From Octopus vulgaris (Eukaryota): a DNA stretch of 64,000 bases. The notes under the pieces are model-generated. The model was not told the origin of the DNA. It made no database searches and was given only the letters and a program-made list of their open reading frames with translations. The DNA lies in NCBI GenBank assembly GCA_951406725.2, contig OX597822.1, forward strand, positions 109,492,001 to 109,556,000. Direction: 5' to 3'. Positions 26,746 through 40,506 of the stretch are shown piece after piece. How positions within the stretch are numbered: position 1 is the first letter of the stretch; each line of letters starts with the position of its first letter. The position numbers were made by a program, and so were the translations under genes.

Positions 26746-28111
26746 AAGAGCAAATATGTAAACTGGAAAGTAGACAGAAAGGAGAAAGTAGAGTGTGTGA
26801 GCGAGGAATCGAAGACAAGTAGAAAAATACGTCGTTCTTGTTCAAGGGTGATGTGGTAGTTTGGGTGGATGCGATGATGATGATGTTGTTGATAATGATG
26901 GTGATTTCATCAACAAACATTCTATAACGAATGATAGGAACTCACTTCACACACAGCTTCATGCCGTGTTTAATGAAGCAGCTGTTAATGTGAGTATATT
27001 CTGGTTAATAACATAACCCAAAGTGAAAATGCAACTGTCACCTTCCCACGTAATGCAAATCAAATCCGTTTTCCTTTCTCTCTTGTGGCTACGAAATACC
27101 CGGTTGTGCAGTGCACAATTTTTGGTTGATTAACTACCAGCGAGTATTTGGCCCAACAATACTTTTTTCAAGTGACACCTATAAAGTAAGATGGGAATGC
27201 AGATACGGTCCACCTATCTATACATTCTAAAATCTCGAATACCGTCTCGACTGAAAGTACTTAATCACACAGGGAGACTGAAGGTCAGGGACAATATACC
27301 ACAGGGAAACCTATTTTATGGGGTTTCTATATTGGTTGAAGTTCCGTTAAGGGAACCATTTAATTATGTCAGCCTTTTAAATGATGCTGCCTGGTCGGTC
27401 AAAACATTTAATTGGTACAGCATTGAGCAAATATAAACTCCCGCTATTTTGAAATCTGTCGTTGAAATAGTTGATCGACTTATCTCTTGTCGCAATAAAG
27501 GACAAAATGTTTTGTTGCTAAGTAAAACACAGACTAATCGGCCTGCTAGACAATGTCTTTAAAATATATCTCCATCACGTAAACGCCCATGACAAAGCTT
27601 TTCGATATTCTAAGCTATTTCGTCTATAAATGCAGAAAAAAAAAATGAATATATTTGTAATATATTCTGACTTTCGACCATTTATTTTCATTTAGTTCCA
27701 GTAATCCTGAATCTCGAATAGCATTTCATAAATAATTAGAGCGCAGGTATTCACTCTCAATAAATCTAACATATCAAAATATCCTGGAGTAATTCACTTT
27801 TCTTCTAATTATTTTCCATTTCTTATACTCCGCTTCACAGTATCGACAAATACTCTAAACTCTATTTCTATCACTTATATCAATTATCTAGATTGCTGGC
27901 AAAGAATCCATAAAGCAGATTTGTTTATGAATGTAGACGATAAACCTTCCATTTTATCGCTTTTCATTGGCCCTAGAACCACAAAATATAAATTTTAACT
28001 AGACTAATTTTGAATGTAGATACTAATGAGGTCCAGTTATGTATTTAAAGGAATTTTCTCCAATCTATTTACGATTTTGCCAATCCAGAATCCTGATATA
28101 TGAAATTATAT

Positions 28112-28412
28112 TGTTTGTTCATTCTCCAGCCACGCCAGGCTCATAAGGGCCGGTTTCCCGGTTTCCTTGGCGTATAGGTTCCCCGCCTAGCCGGGATAGC
28201 GGCCCGTCGCAGGTGAGCGGCAAGATGCAGGCGGAAAGAGTGAGAGAAAGTTGTGGCGAAGGAGTCGGCAGCCGTTCGCCATTACCTTCTGCCACAGCAG
28301 TGTGGAGCCTAGGTGTTTCGCTCGTAAACACACACATCGCTCGGTCTGAGATTGGAACCCGCGATCCCTCGGCCGCGAGTACGTTGCTCTAAACACTAGG
28401 CCAGGTGCTTCC
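28112..28412 (-). mobile_element. SINE family D (tRNA-derived)
   Basis: Reverse complement of 62348-62635; flanked by atgaaat(t/g)atatt TSD-like repeats. Confidence 0.85.
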
Positions 28413-28452
28413 ACATGAAATGATATTACATGAAGAATATTAACTCCAATAC

Positions 28453-28686
28453 AAAGGCGGTGAGCTGGCATAACGTTAGCACGCCGGGCGAAATGCGTAG
28501 CCGTATTTCGTCTGCCGTTTCGTTCTGAGTTCAAATTCCGCCGAGGTCGACTTTGCCTTTCATCCTTTCGGGGTCGATGAATTAAGTACCATTTACGCAC
28601 TGGAGGCGATGTAATCGACTTAATCACTCTGTCTGTCCTTGTTTGTCCCCTCTGTCTTTAGCCCCTTGTGGGTAGTAAAGAAATAT
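28453..28686 (+). mobile_element. SINE family B, full length with 15-bp TSD
   Basis: TSD ATATTAACTCCAATA at 28437-28451 and 28687-28701. Confidence 0.92.
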
Positions 28687-28774
28687 ATATTAACTCCAAT
28701 ATAGATCCTTAAACACCAAATGTGTTTTGTCATTCTCACTCTCTATATATTTTACATTACTTGTATAGTTTTAT

Positions 28775-29010
28775 ACCTATTTCTTTACTATCAACAAGGG
28801 GCTAAACATTGAGAGGACAAACAAGGACAGACAAACGGATTAAGACAATTATATCGACCCCAGTGCGTAACTGGTACTTAATTTATCGACCCCGAAAGGA
28901 TGAAAGGCAAAGTCGACCTCGGCGGAATTTGATCTCACAACATAACGGCAGACAAAATACCGCTAAGCGTTTCGCCCGGCGTGCTAACGTTTCTTCCAGC
29001 TCGTCGCCTT
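28775..29010 (-). mobile_element. SINE family B, full length, inverted relative to neighbour
   Basis: Reverse complement of 28453-28686. Confidence 0.9.
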
Positions 29011-30414
29011 TTAGTTTTATACCAGTGTGGAATGTATTCACTCTTTCTCAAAAGAAATGAGATTTGCGTGTTCATGTTTATAAAGAGTTTGTAATGTTAC
29101 TGCTACATTTCTGTTAGATTTACATACTAACTTTAACCTGCTGCAATTCTCTTCTAAGCAAAGTGCCTCACCGAAACTAAACATACTTAAACTTCCAAAA
29201 GGCACCGTGTGTATATGATGTAGGAATCGCTTATGTATTCCATTTCATTACATCATTCTCCTACCTTTTTTATTGATACCTCATACGTTTCAATCCACTA
29301 AGCTAATTTAATGACTCTTCTATGCGCCTTCCCACGAGTTAATCTACTTCCTATTCTCCTGTTGCAAACAGATTCAAATCATGTACGCATAAGACGATAC
29401 ACACTACCTCACTTTTCTCATATACCTTATATTTGCATATCCCTAAGGTCTTTTTAAAGTGTTTTAAAGTATCTTGCAAAGCAAAGGTTTATATTTTGCG
29501 TGCTTGAAAGCTGCATTAATATATATACATTGATTCAAAATTGATTATTTATTTCATGGCATTGAGATATAAGCTGGAGTTATCAGATATCAATAAATAA
29601 CTTTGTAAAAATTATTGACAAAACTGCCTTTAATGATTTTCCAATATACTTTTCCGTGAAGTAATTTATGCTATAGACATTTTCCTCCTGGTGACTGCAA
29701 GGTATCAACCAAGGCTGTTTCTGTGAATTGATAAGATAATTTACAATGCTAATACTTGGCAAAGCCGTGACATAATCTCCATGACGACGAACAAAATCTC
29801 CGACGATAATTTTAGTATATAATGCAATTTGTAAACGATTGCGTTGTAGCTGACAATTTTCAACGACCTCGTTAGTGTGGTTCTGAATACAAGACTGATA
29901 GGAGGTTAACTGTGACTGGATTGGGAACAAATATTTTAAACAGGTTCCTCAGCAAATCGTTAACATACCGGTAGGTTGCAAAACACGCTGGGTCATCGAC
30001 AAACAGACATACATGTAGACACACACACACACACACATTCGTATTTTGCTTAACTCTTATGTTTTGCGATATAGGTGTTTCGGCACCCACAATCACAATT
30101 AGTGACGATAACATTTTTCCTTTATCGTATTTTATTGCGCTTAACTGTTTATATTAATGTTTGATATAATCATTAGCATTTCTTGAAATCAGTCATAAAT
30201 TTTTGTGGTAATATATATATAAATATATAAATATATTATATGGGTAATAAGTTAGAGGTGTTTAAAACATCTAAAGGCTGGTTAAATCCAAAGGCGCTCC
30301 CGGTGATTAGCTGCGTAGGTAGAGTCCTTGATAAAAGGTATACAGTAGCAGGTAATTCAGCGGGCAAACCGTAGTTTATTTTATATGCAAGAAGACAATG
30401 GAGGAAAAATAAGT

Positions 30415-30510
30415 AACGCTGCGATGGACTGGCATCCCATCCAGCTGGGGGGACACATACGCCACGGAAACCAAGGAAACCGGGCCCGTGAGTCTGGCTA
30501 GGTTTTTAAA
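30415..30510 (+). mobile_element. SINE 3' fragment sharing tail with family D
   Basis: gctgcgatggactggcatcccatccag...ggaaaccgggccc.tgag. Confidence 0.6.
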
Positions 30511-30570
30511 AAGGGGATTTCATTTATTTTAAGTATATTAAAGGAGCATTTATTTATTTTAAGTATATTA

Positions 30571-30727
30571 AGGAGTGGCTGTGTGGTAAGTAGCTTGCTA
30601 ACCAGCCACATGATTCCGGGTTCAGTCCCACTGCGTGGCATCTTGGGCAAGTGTCTTCTACTATAGCCTCGGGCCGACCAATGCCTTGTGAGTGAATTTG
30701 GTAGACGGAAACTGAAAGAAGCCTGTC

Positions 30728-30781
<54 letters not shown>

Positions 30782-31013
30782 ATGTATATTTGTGTGTATG
30801 TTTGTGTTTGTCCCCCTAGCATTGCTTGACAACCGATGCTGGTGTGTTTACGTCCCCGTCACATAGCGGTTCGGCAAAAGAGACCGATAGAATAAGTACT
30901 GGGCTTACAAAGAATAAGTCCCGGGGTCGAGTTGCTCGATTAAAGGCGGTGCTCCAGCATGGCCGCAGTCAAATGACTGAAACAAGTAAAAGAGTAAAGA
31001 GTAAAAGAGTAAA
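30571..31013 (+). mobile_element. SINE family A, near full length
   Basis: tRNA-like head, internal (TA)n(TG)n and (GTAAAAGA)n tail. Confidence 0.92.
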
Positions 31014-31452
31014 GGATTTATAAGTCAATGATGTTCGCTGCCGTGATAGCAGTGCGATTCAATCACTTTTTAAAATTACCATTACAGATTTTAGAGCTAG
31101 CACTGAGATTTACCAGATTTCGTATACGAATTACATCTACGTAAATAATATAAGCAAAGATGCAAAAACAGATAACGGGTGTATATGCATATTCCCGAAG
31201 TTCTTGATTTTTGTTCAGCATCACGTCCGAACATATTATTTAGATAGCCACTATCTATATAAGCATTGCCTCTTTAGTTGCTTCTTTGGAGGCATAAGGA
31301 TTAAAGGATTTCACTGTAAACGCAAATTATGTTTCTTGCTGGGAGGTTAGTACATCCGGAATATTAGATCAACGTTGGAGAAAATACGCTTAAATCTGAA
31401 ATGACTTCGGTCACACACCTTCTAAGATTAGGCTAGTTTGCAAGTGAACCAT

Positions 31453-31871
31453 ATCTATTTCTCTACTACCCACAAGGGGCTAAACACAGAAGGGACAAAC
31501 AAGGACAGACAAACGGATTAAGTTGATTATATCGACCCCAGTGCGTAACTGGTACTTACTTAATCGACCCTGAAAGGATGAAAGGCAAAGTCGACCTCGG
31601 CGGAATTTGAACTCAGAACGTAGCGGCGGACGAAATACCTATTTCTTTATTACCCACAAGGGGCTAAACACAGAGGGGACAAACAAGGACAGACATAGGT
31701 ATTAAGTCGATTACATCGACTCCAGTGCGTAACTGGTACTTAATTTATCGACCCCGAAAGGAAGAAAGGCAAAGTCGACCTCGGCGGAATTTGAACTCAC
31801 AACGTAACGCAGACGAAATACCGCTAAGCATTTCGCCCGGCGTGCTAACGTTTCTGCCAGCTCGCCGCCTT
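31453..31871 (-). mobile_element. SINE family B 1.8-mer inside one TSD
   Basis: Full copy 31871-31637 plus 5'-truncated copy 31639-31453; TSD GCAA(G/A)TGAACCATA at 31440-53 and 31874-87. Confidence 0.88.
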
Positions 31872-32596
31872 TCGCAAATGAACCATACCCTCGACGGAAG
31901 CGTCGGTTGATGTTCATGAATATAAATACACACAAATACAATTTGAAAATTCGAAAAGTCGTGAAAATCATATAGAATCCACCCTGAACGTTTGGATATC
32001 TGGTAACTTTCGGGGGGTTGTAGTGAACCATACGTGATTATAAAATTAAAATTGTAACTCCCCTGAGATCAAGTACCATCAAAGAAACAGCTATATTTAA
32101 TTTAAATATTTAGAAAAACCAATAAAATATCAGCCACAATTTTAATAACATTAGCTTTTTTTAAAATTATTACGTTCTAAACATCTTTTGGAAAATATAT
32201 GCTTGAAAACATATTTTTAAAATTATTTCAAAGTTATTAAATATGAAATAATATTAAACTGTGTACATTAAATATTTTACAGACCATAAAATAGGTGTTT
32301 TAAACTACATATAAGTTATTTTGTTAACGGTTGAAAAAAACTCTGCTCAGAATTCAGATTATTTAATAAGCTGAATAACTCTACTATGTGACGTATGCTT
32401 TGAAGAAACAACGTAGATTATGACTTTTTTCTTAATATTATTAAGATAACCAGAATTGAGTTCTATGCTTATTTCTTTTCATTTGTCTAGCTCTGAAACG
32501 TCTAGCGTCTTACTAAGTTGAGAACACAGATTTAGTGGTGAGTCGGTTTGACGTCTAGTTTTCGCATTCAAGGGATCCACATAGTGATCTCTCATA

Positions 32597-32997
32597 TCTT
32601 TATATATAAAAGAGAGGTTGTGTGCTGTCTCGCTCCTACGATTTAGATTCCTAACTACTCCCACATTTTGCGGTGCTGTTTAACCAAAACCGGGTATCTT
32701 ATAGTCGTGATTCATATCGAGCCCTTCTGGGTATTAGCGCGCGTCTACGATGAGTTTACGATTTAAAAAAAAATTACCATCATTTTTTCCCATTTTAATG
32801 CATTTTTTAGCTATTATATAATGGAAGTAACTCTCTAAAAATGTCTACGATGAGTCAACGATTTTCAGAAAAAAATTACCATCATTTTTTTTTCCATTTT
32901 TAATTCATTTTTTTGCTATTTTTTGCTATAACTCTCTAAAAATGCTTATATAGTTATTCCCCTTACAAACCCGAGCAACGCCGGGCGATACTGCTAG
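32597..32997 (+). mobile_element. Non-autonomous Helitron
   Basis: A|TCTTTATATATAAAAG...cccgagcaacgccgggcgatactgCTAG|T, with an internal ~110-bp duplication. Confidence 0.88.
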
Positions 32998-33339
32998 TTG
33001 TTTATATTTGAACAGAAGTCTAAGTGCAAGCCATAAAAGGAGACGCACACCTTCACAAGCGCGAGCACAAATGCTCTCTACCGATAGAAGAGTAAATGAT
33101 ACTGTTATAAAGCTCGCTTCATGTGTATAGCTCAGTGTGGTTTGGGGGTTAGAACCAGACCCAAGAAAATCATAAGAAATGGAGGAAAAACAAAATGCTT
33201 TTGCATGGCAAAGAATTACCTCAGAGCATCACTTTGCTCTTGTATTTTACATAATATCAGCATCGGAAAGATAAACCGCAACATAACTTCGAACGTGAAC
33301 TCAGGCAAGAACAGTTTAAAAATTTTATATATATATTCA

Positions 33340-33723
33340 TACACGCACACTCGTACACACGCACACTCGTACACACGCACACACGTACACACGCACACTC
33401 GTACACACGCACACTCGTACACACGCACACTCGTACACACGCACACTCGTACACACGCACATACACAAACACACACACACGCACACACGCACACACGCAC
33501 ACACTCGTACACGTACACACACGCACACACTCGTACACGTACACACACGCACACTCGTACACGTATACACACACGTACTCGTACACACACACACACGTAC
33601 TCGTACACGTACACACACACACGTACACACACACGTACATACACACACGTACTCATACACGTACACACACACACGTACACACTCGTACACGTGCTCGCAC
33701 ACACACATACACACACACACACA
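33340..33723. repeat. Compound minisatellite derived from (AC)n, ~16-bp unit ACACACGCACACTCGT
   Basis: Direct reading; units degrade toward ACACGT variants at the 3' end. Confidence 0.9.
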
Positions 33724-33981
33724 TATGAAGCAAGAGACTGTGACTTCGAGTTCCTTTCAATATTTTCGTGGCAAAAGTATAACTAAGAAGCTCTCAACTT
33801 CAGGGTATTAAATCATCATTCTGTTAAATGTCAACTCGTTTTAAGTATATAAAATGACATAATACGTCTACACACGCAAACATACATACATATATACAAA
33901 GACAGACACACACAAATAAATAAAATGATGTATTAGTAGATTATACCATAGCAATAATTCACCCTCCTCAGGTAAAATTTT

Positions 33982-34189
33982 AAACACGTACGTTTCGAAT
34001 TCTATATCATTGTACAATAGGAAAAACCAAAGATATTACTGGGATATCACTGGGCAGATTCAAAATCGTAGCCAGTTTTGACATCTTTATTCCTAGAAAT
34101 TCGTTACACTTCTTTGATATCTTTTGTAAGGTTGATTTATCACGTATTCATTTTGATGGCTCTTTGATAGTTTATCATCAGGTTTTACC
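33982..34189 (-). ncRNA. Possible degenerate hammerhead with ~180-nt stem II region
   Basis: Minus strand ggtaaaac-CTGATGA(34181-75)...GAAA(33996-93)-CGTACG-T-gttt; N17 appears to be missing. Confidence 0.3.
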
Positions 34190-34454
34190 TTGCCGCTTTA
34201 TACCTGTTTAAATTAATGCCTGGTGCTGATTGAGTTATCCTATGATATAATATATAATTATTCTATGATAACATATACGAAAAATAGCTGCACCCAATTT
34301 GAAACACCGTTCATGTTCATGTATTTATGCATGTATGTGTGTGTATATATGTGCACATGTGCACACACACGCACGCATACACACACACATACATGCATAT
34401 ACACACACATACACACACACACACATACACATATATATATATATCTATATATAT

Positions 34455-35512
34455 ATGGTGTCCCACAAAAATGTACACACACTTTGAATAATTGTAAAGT
34501 AGGTGTTTATTAAAACACATTTCATTTTCAAACTTTAATAGAATTGTTTTGTCAACGTTTGTTTTCAAACTGACGTCCGTTCTGGTCCAGGCACTGCTGA
34601 CAACGCAAAGCAATGGAACCGGAAACATCACGAACCAATTCCTTTGGTATTTGTGTGCATTGTTGTTCAATAGCTATTCTCAAATCAGTGACTGTTGCAG
34701 GCTTCATAATGTAGAATTTGCCTTTTGGGTATCCCCATAAAAATGTGTATTAGCTTGAGGTCTGATGAACGAGAAGGGTATTCAACAAACGCCTTTGTCC
34801 AATCCACCTGTTTGGCAGGTTCTCATCAAGGAAGGATTTAACATAGCGATGATAGTGTGTTGTATGATGCATCATGCTGAAAATAAATCTCCTCAACTTC
34901 AATGTCTTCTCTAATGCGTTAGACACATGATTCTGGAATACATGCCTCATGACTCGCTTGCTGCACAGATTTTTCTAGGACTATGGTGATACGTTTCCAG
35001 TACGTATTCTTGCTTTGTTGGGGTTGTTGATGTTCGTGTTCTTCTGAAATGCTTCTTCTCACAATACCAGAGGGTGCACACTCTCCTACCCTGATGTAAT
35101 CTCCAGGGATACAGGCATCCAGCAACAGGACCTTCGTAATGCCATGATAGACCGTGAAGTCTGGCGTAGCATGGTAAATTCCAGTGTCTCGACCACGGTC
35201 GAACAATGATGATGATGATGATGATGGAATGCTTCTCGTGGGCCTTCTTAATAGTTCCATCGGCTTTAAACATATCTCTAATTCGAGTGAAGGTGTGTCA
35301 CATTGGTGGATATGTTTCACACTCCTTCCTAAACTGTCTTTGCACTTCAACTGCGTTTTTACACTTCCAGTAGCATTTTAGAATGAATATCACTTCTTCA
35401 AAGCTTAGTAAGACATGCCATCATTAATCCCAATGTGTTTCATCTTAAAAAAGAAAAGAAACATCGAGCTATCAGCCGCTTGAGTGTATATACATTTTTT
35501 GGGACACCTCGT
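34455..35512 (-). mobile_element. Tc1/mariner-superfamily transposon remnant with TIRs
   Basis: TIRs ggtgtcccacaaaaatgtacacacact / agtgtatatacattttttgggacacc; HYHRYVKSFLDENLPNRWIG transposase motif on minus. Confidence 0.82.
35070..35227 (+). mobile_element. RTE LINE 3' tip, same family as 5368-5949, nested in the Tc1/mariner element
   Basis: High similarity to the reverse complement of 5368-5520; (GAT)n tail. Confidence 0.9.
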
Positions 35513-35793
35513 ATACATGTGTGTGTAGGTGCGCGCGCGCGGCGAGTGTGTATACTTTGTGTAAGTTGGGTGTTTTATATGTCTACTTATATACATCTTT
35601 TTATTTCATATATTTCATATACTTTATATATCGATCTGCCCCTATACTTAATTCTCGACCCCATCAAGTTTAAATCTCTCGAGCACTGCTAAGTGTATTA
35701 TATACGGTAAATATGTAGATCTCATGCATGAACTATATATTTCTGTGCGTGTGTGGGTGTGTACATAGATAGAAAGACTTACAGCGACAGATA

Positions 35794-36038
<245 letters not shown>

Positions 36039-37118
36039 ACATCTCTGTGTATTCTTGTACAAGTGCTAGGCTTTGTGTGGGTTCGCTAAATCAGCATCTC
36101 TAAAATGTGTCTACATATATTATTCATTTAATTGTTTAATCATTCTTAATCAGTCGGGAGTGAAAATTATACGTTCCTATCGTTTTATGATCCAGCAATT
36201 TTTCTGATTTCGCTAATATATTCCTAAATAGATGATATACATTATTCAGTTCTCGCGTCACCCCTTGCGTATATATAAGCGTCTTCATTAATAGGCAATG
36301 AAGAAATCAGATTTCCAAATCTTCAGATTGAAGAATATTGTGCTTGGCTGCGTGTCAGACATATATTAACTTTATTTAGTCTTAATTTATGAATATCATT
36401 AATTTCTCACAAGATTAAACCAAGGTACTCATTCATATTCAGTTTTACTATGAACAGTATGTATTAGGATAGCAAGCAGATTCATAAATAATGCATTTTT
36501 ATGGTGTAATCCTATATTACTGTCAAAACATCATTAGGGGAAAACCAGTAAGTAATCTTTTCTACATCGAATATTTTCATACGTGCAAAACGGGTAATAT
36601 GTTTTAATTGCGAACGAGTTTTATTATAACTAAACTTCAACGGAAAAGCTATATTTAAAACCACATGTATTTGCAGAGAGCACCACATACGTACGCATAG
36701 AGATAAAAACATATATAGAAAACATGTATGAATGCGCTTTATTAAACTTTTAATACTTTTGATATTTAAAAAAAATAAAATAATAATAATAAAGATAAAT
36801 AAATATATCAATTAATTAATTAATTAATTAATAAAATGATATATAAATATAAAATATACATACATACATATATACATATATTTGTATATATATATATAAA
36901 AGTTATAAGTATAAATTATTTAAATAATTTTTTATTTTTAACTTCTATATTTTTAAATTAATTTTATGCATTGGCTTATGTTTTTCACTGTTTGATTTGC
37001 CTAATAGTGGTTTTATCTCTAATTTAATATAATATAATATATTTATACTATAAAATTGGAGTTAATCCTAAATCTAATTTTTCCCTCTAAGTTTGGATTT
37101 ATTCCCTAATATTATTAT

Positions 37119-37220
<102 letters not shown>

Positions 37221-37624
37221 TGTATGTATGTATGTATTAGAAGGTTTGGAGATGAAGTACAGGTATTTTATATTAGAAGAAATGATGTACTCAGAAATTC
37301 GGATGGTTTTATATTTACAGATATTTATTTGTATATTACATGTTTTTATATATCATATAACTTATATTATATATCAGCGCTTTCGTCCATTCTGGTCGAT
37401 TTTTCAAATTGTGTCCATTCCAGTGGATTTTTCTAATTGAACCAAGTTCCTGTGAAAGAATTTTGACCCTTTTATATAGTGTTATTGAGTGTGTAGTGGT
37501 GGGGAGGAATAAAAGATAGTACAAGAAGTTGATGAAAGGGGAGAAAGTGAGAGAGAATATGTGTGTATGTGTGTGCGTGTGTGTGTGTTCGTATCTGAAA
37601 GTAGTGTTAGAGAAAAACACTATA

Positions 37625-38018
37625 TCTTTATATATAAAAGTAAGGTTGTGTGTCTGTCTCCTACGATTTAGATTCCTAACTACTCCAACATTTTGCGGTG
37701 CAGTTTAACCAAAACCGGGTATCTTATAGTCGTGATTCATATCAAGCTCTTCTGGGTATTAGCGCGTGTCTACGATGAGTCTACGATTTAAAAAATAATT
37801 TACCATCATTTTTTCCATTTTAATGCATTTTTTCGCTATTATATAAGGGAAACAACTCTCTAAAATGTCTACGATGAGTCAACGATTTTTTAAAAAAAAT
37901 TACCATCATTTATTTCCATTTTTACTGCATTTTTTGCTAATTTTTGGCTATAACTCTCTAAAAATGCTTTATAGTTATTTCCCTTACAAACCCGAGCAAC
38001 GCCGGGCGATACTGCTAG
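37625..38018 (+). mobile_element. Non-autonomous Helitron (same family as 32597-32997)
   Basis: Collinear high-identity copy with A|TC ... CTAG|T ends. Confidence 0.88.
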
Positions 38019-38383
38019 TATATATATATGAGTGATTTTATTATCCAGAAGACCCAACGTGACAGGTAGCGCTATGTAAGTACTATGGAAGGACACTTGT
38101 CATGAGCAACGCTTGGAATCTACGTCTCCACACTTTCCATTTGCGATAAGAAAGTATGAAATCCTATTTGAATTTACATACCACGGACAGGAAGCATTCC
38201 TACCACTTCTGAACACCACTTTCCTTTGATAATGAAACTGCCACTATAAAATCTTTATACATTTTTATTTTTATTTCTATATCCATTCCTTATATCCCTA
38301 TACACCTCTTATTTGCTTCCTTTCCCAATATAATTTCTCATATGGAACTCTAATATTTCCCTCTATTTAACTATCGCACATCA

Positions 38384-38429
38384 TCTCTGATAAAGAAATA
38401 TCCCTAATATCCCAGAAACAGCTGTAAGA
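38384..38429 (+). ncRNA. Degenerate minimal hammerhead at probable PLE 3' end
   Basis: tct-CTGATAA(38387-93)...GAAA(38415-18)-CAGCTG-TA-aga; palindromic stem III; G8 is mutated. Confidence 0.6.
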
Positions 38430-38503
38430 CTAACTTTCTCTTAATAAATGTCCGGAAAATTCCACACAGCCTTGGTTTTGTTGTCTCATTTTATTTAACA
38501 CAC

Positions 38504-38594
<91 letters not shown>

Positions 38595-38652
38595 TTATAC
38601 ACACACGCATACATATATATATATACATGTGTATACACACACACACACATAC

Positions 38653-38725
<73 letters not shown>

Positions 38726-39477
38726 TGCAGCGTCGAAGGTGTTTATAAGCCATTTAAGAAACACACAAAAACCGTTAGATTCACTTCAACACTAAAATTT
38801 AATTTGTCAAAATATTGTCGTCGCTTTGAGACCGCGACCTGTTCATTGACAAAACTTCGGGCTGCATTTTCCCTTTTTCCAACCTTCCACGCTGCAATTG
38901 TTTTCGTTCCAGCACACGATCTCAGATCAGGTCACTTACTAAGCAAGTACATCTCTGTAATATATATATATATATATACGAGCCCACAGACCCACAGATT
39001 ATATATATATATATATATATAAGTGCATGTGTGTGTTTGTATGTGTGTGTACATATATAAGAAATCAGAATATGATAAAAAGAACGTAAAAAGCGAAAAT
39101 CAAACAAAGCACGACATACGGAAAATAGACGATAACATAACAGACTGTAAACAGAACAGAAACGGCATTCACTGACCACCCGCAGCAGATTTCCTCTTCA
39201 CTCGGTTTCTGGAAAGTTATAATTTCGCACACCTTCATACCAAGACTATTTGAATCCTGTAGGTGCCAGAGATTTCAGCTAAACACATTAAACCTTTCAC
39301 TAACGTCACGTTCGTCCGATAGCCGAAAGACCCTTTCTGTTTATCTGTATTTATTTATTTATCTGTTTGTAAATGTACAATTATTTCCCGTCTGTTGTGT
39401 AGCCGAAAGCCGTTCTTTTGTATTCTAGCTTTCTCGGTTTTCCTTTTCGCGTTCTTGTTTTATTTTTTTGTATACAT

Positions 39478-39643
39478 AGGCGCAGGAGTGGCTGTGTGGT
39501 AAGTAGCTTGCTTACCAACCAAATGGTTCCGGGTTCAGTCCCACTGCGTGGCATGTTGGTCAAGTGCCTTCTATTGTAGCCTCAGGCTGATCAAAGCCTT
39601 GTGATTGGATTTGGTAGACGGAAACTGAAAGAAGCCTGTCGTA

Positions 39644-39714
<71 letters not shown>

Positions 39715-39795
39715 GTGTGTGTATGTTTGTGTGTCTGTGTTTGTCCCTCTAGCATTGCTTGACAACCGATACTGGTTTGTTTACGTCGCCGTCAC
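39478..39795 (+). mobile_element. SINE family A, 3'-truncated
   Basis: Head and internal microsatellite are present; the tail is replaced by a PLE fragment. Confidence 0.88.
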
Positions 39796-39799
39796 TATG

Positions 39800-40035
39800 C
39801 ATACATAGGTACCTTCGAATATCAATTCAAAATCCATGATCGCAACCACATCTCGTCATTCCGAAAAATAAATGGACAACATACAACTTCACTGGCAGAC
39901 CTAATATGGGGACGGAAAGAATCGAAAATTAAATACGAAACGGAATGGTCAATAATAAAAAAAAATGCACACTCATGTAATTTGCTACGCAGCAAATGTG
40001 GCCTTTATGGCGAGGAAGCATTGAGTATTCAGCAT
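39800..40035 (+). mobile_element. PLE GIY-YIG endonuclease fragment
   Basis: RNHISSFRK...TSLADLIWGRKESKIKYETEWSIIKK...KCGLYGEEAL. Confidence 0.7.
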
Positions 40036-40115
40036 ACATACACAAATACAGATATGTTGTATATTTACTCATATGTAATTTGAAGAATGAGAACCTTTGG
40101 ATTAACTGAAATTTC

Positions 40116-40506
40116 CTCTTACTCTTTTACTTGTTTCAGTCATTTGACTGCTGCCATGCTGGAGCACCGCCTTTAGTCGAGTAAATCGACCCCGGGACTT
40201 ATTCTTTGTAAGCCCAGTACTTATTCTATCGGTCTCTTTTTGCCGAACCGCTAAGTGACGGGGACGTAAACACACCAGCATCGGTTGTCAAGCAATGCTA
40301 AGGGGACAAACACACACACATATATACATATATATACATATATACGACTGGCTTCTTTCAGTTTCCGTCTACCAAATACACTCACAAGGCATTGGTCGGC
40401 CCGGGGCTATAGCAGAAAACACTTGCCCAATATGCCACGCAGTGGGACTGAACCCGGAACCATGCGGTTGGTTAGCAAGCTACTTACCACACAGCCACTC
40501 CTGTGC
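40116..40506 (-). mobile_element. SINE family A, full length
   Basis: Reverse complement of 30571-31013. Confidence 0.92.

Noticed and set aside
14505-27000. Isolated GTGAGT splice-donor-like hexamers (about 14519+, 19687-, 26990+)
   Set aside because: No convincing acceptor and open frame could be paired with them; expected by chance.
29583-29930. 115-aa non-repetitive ORF
   Set aside because: No recognisable domain or supportable splice structure; BLASTX or RNA-seq would be needed.
33121-33786. 221-aa ORF
   Set aside because: Mostly the His/Thr-rich reading of the AC minisatellite.
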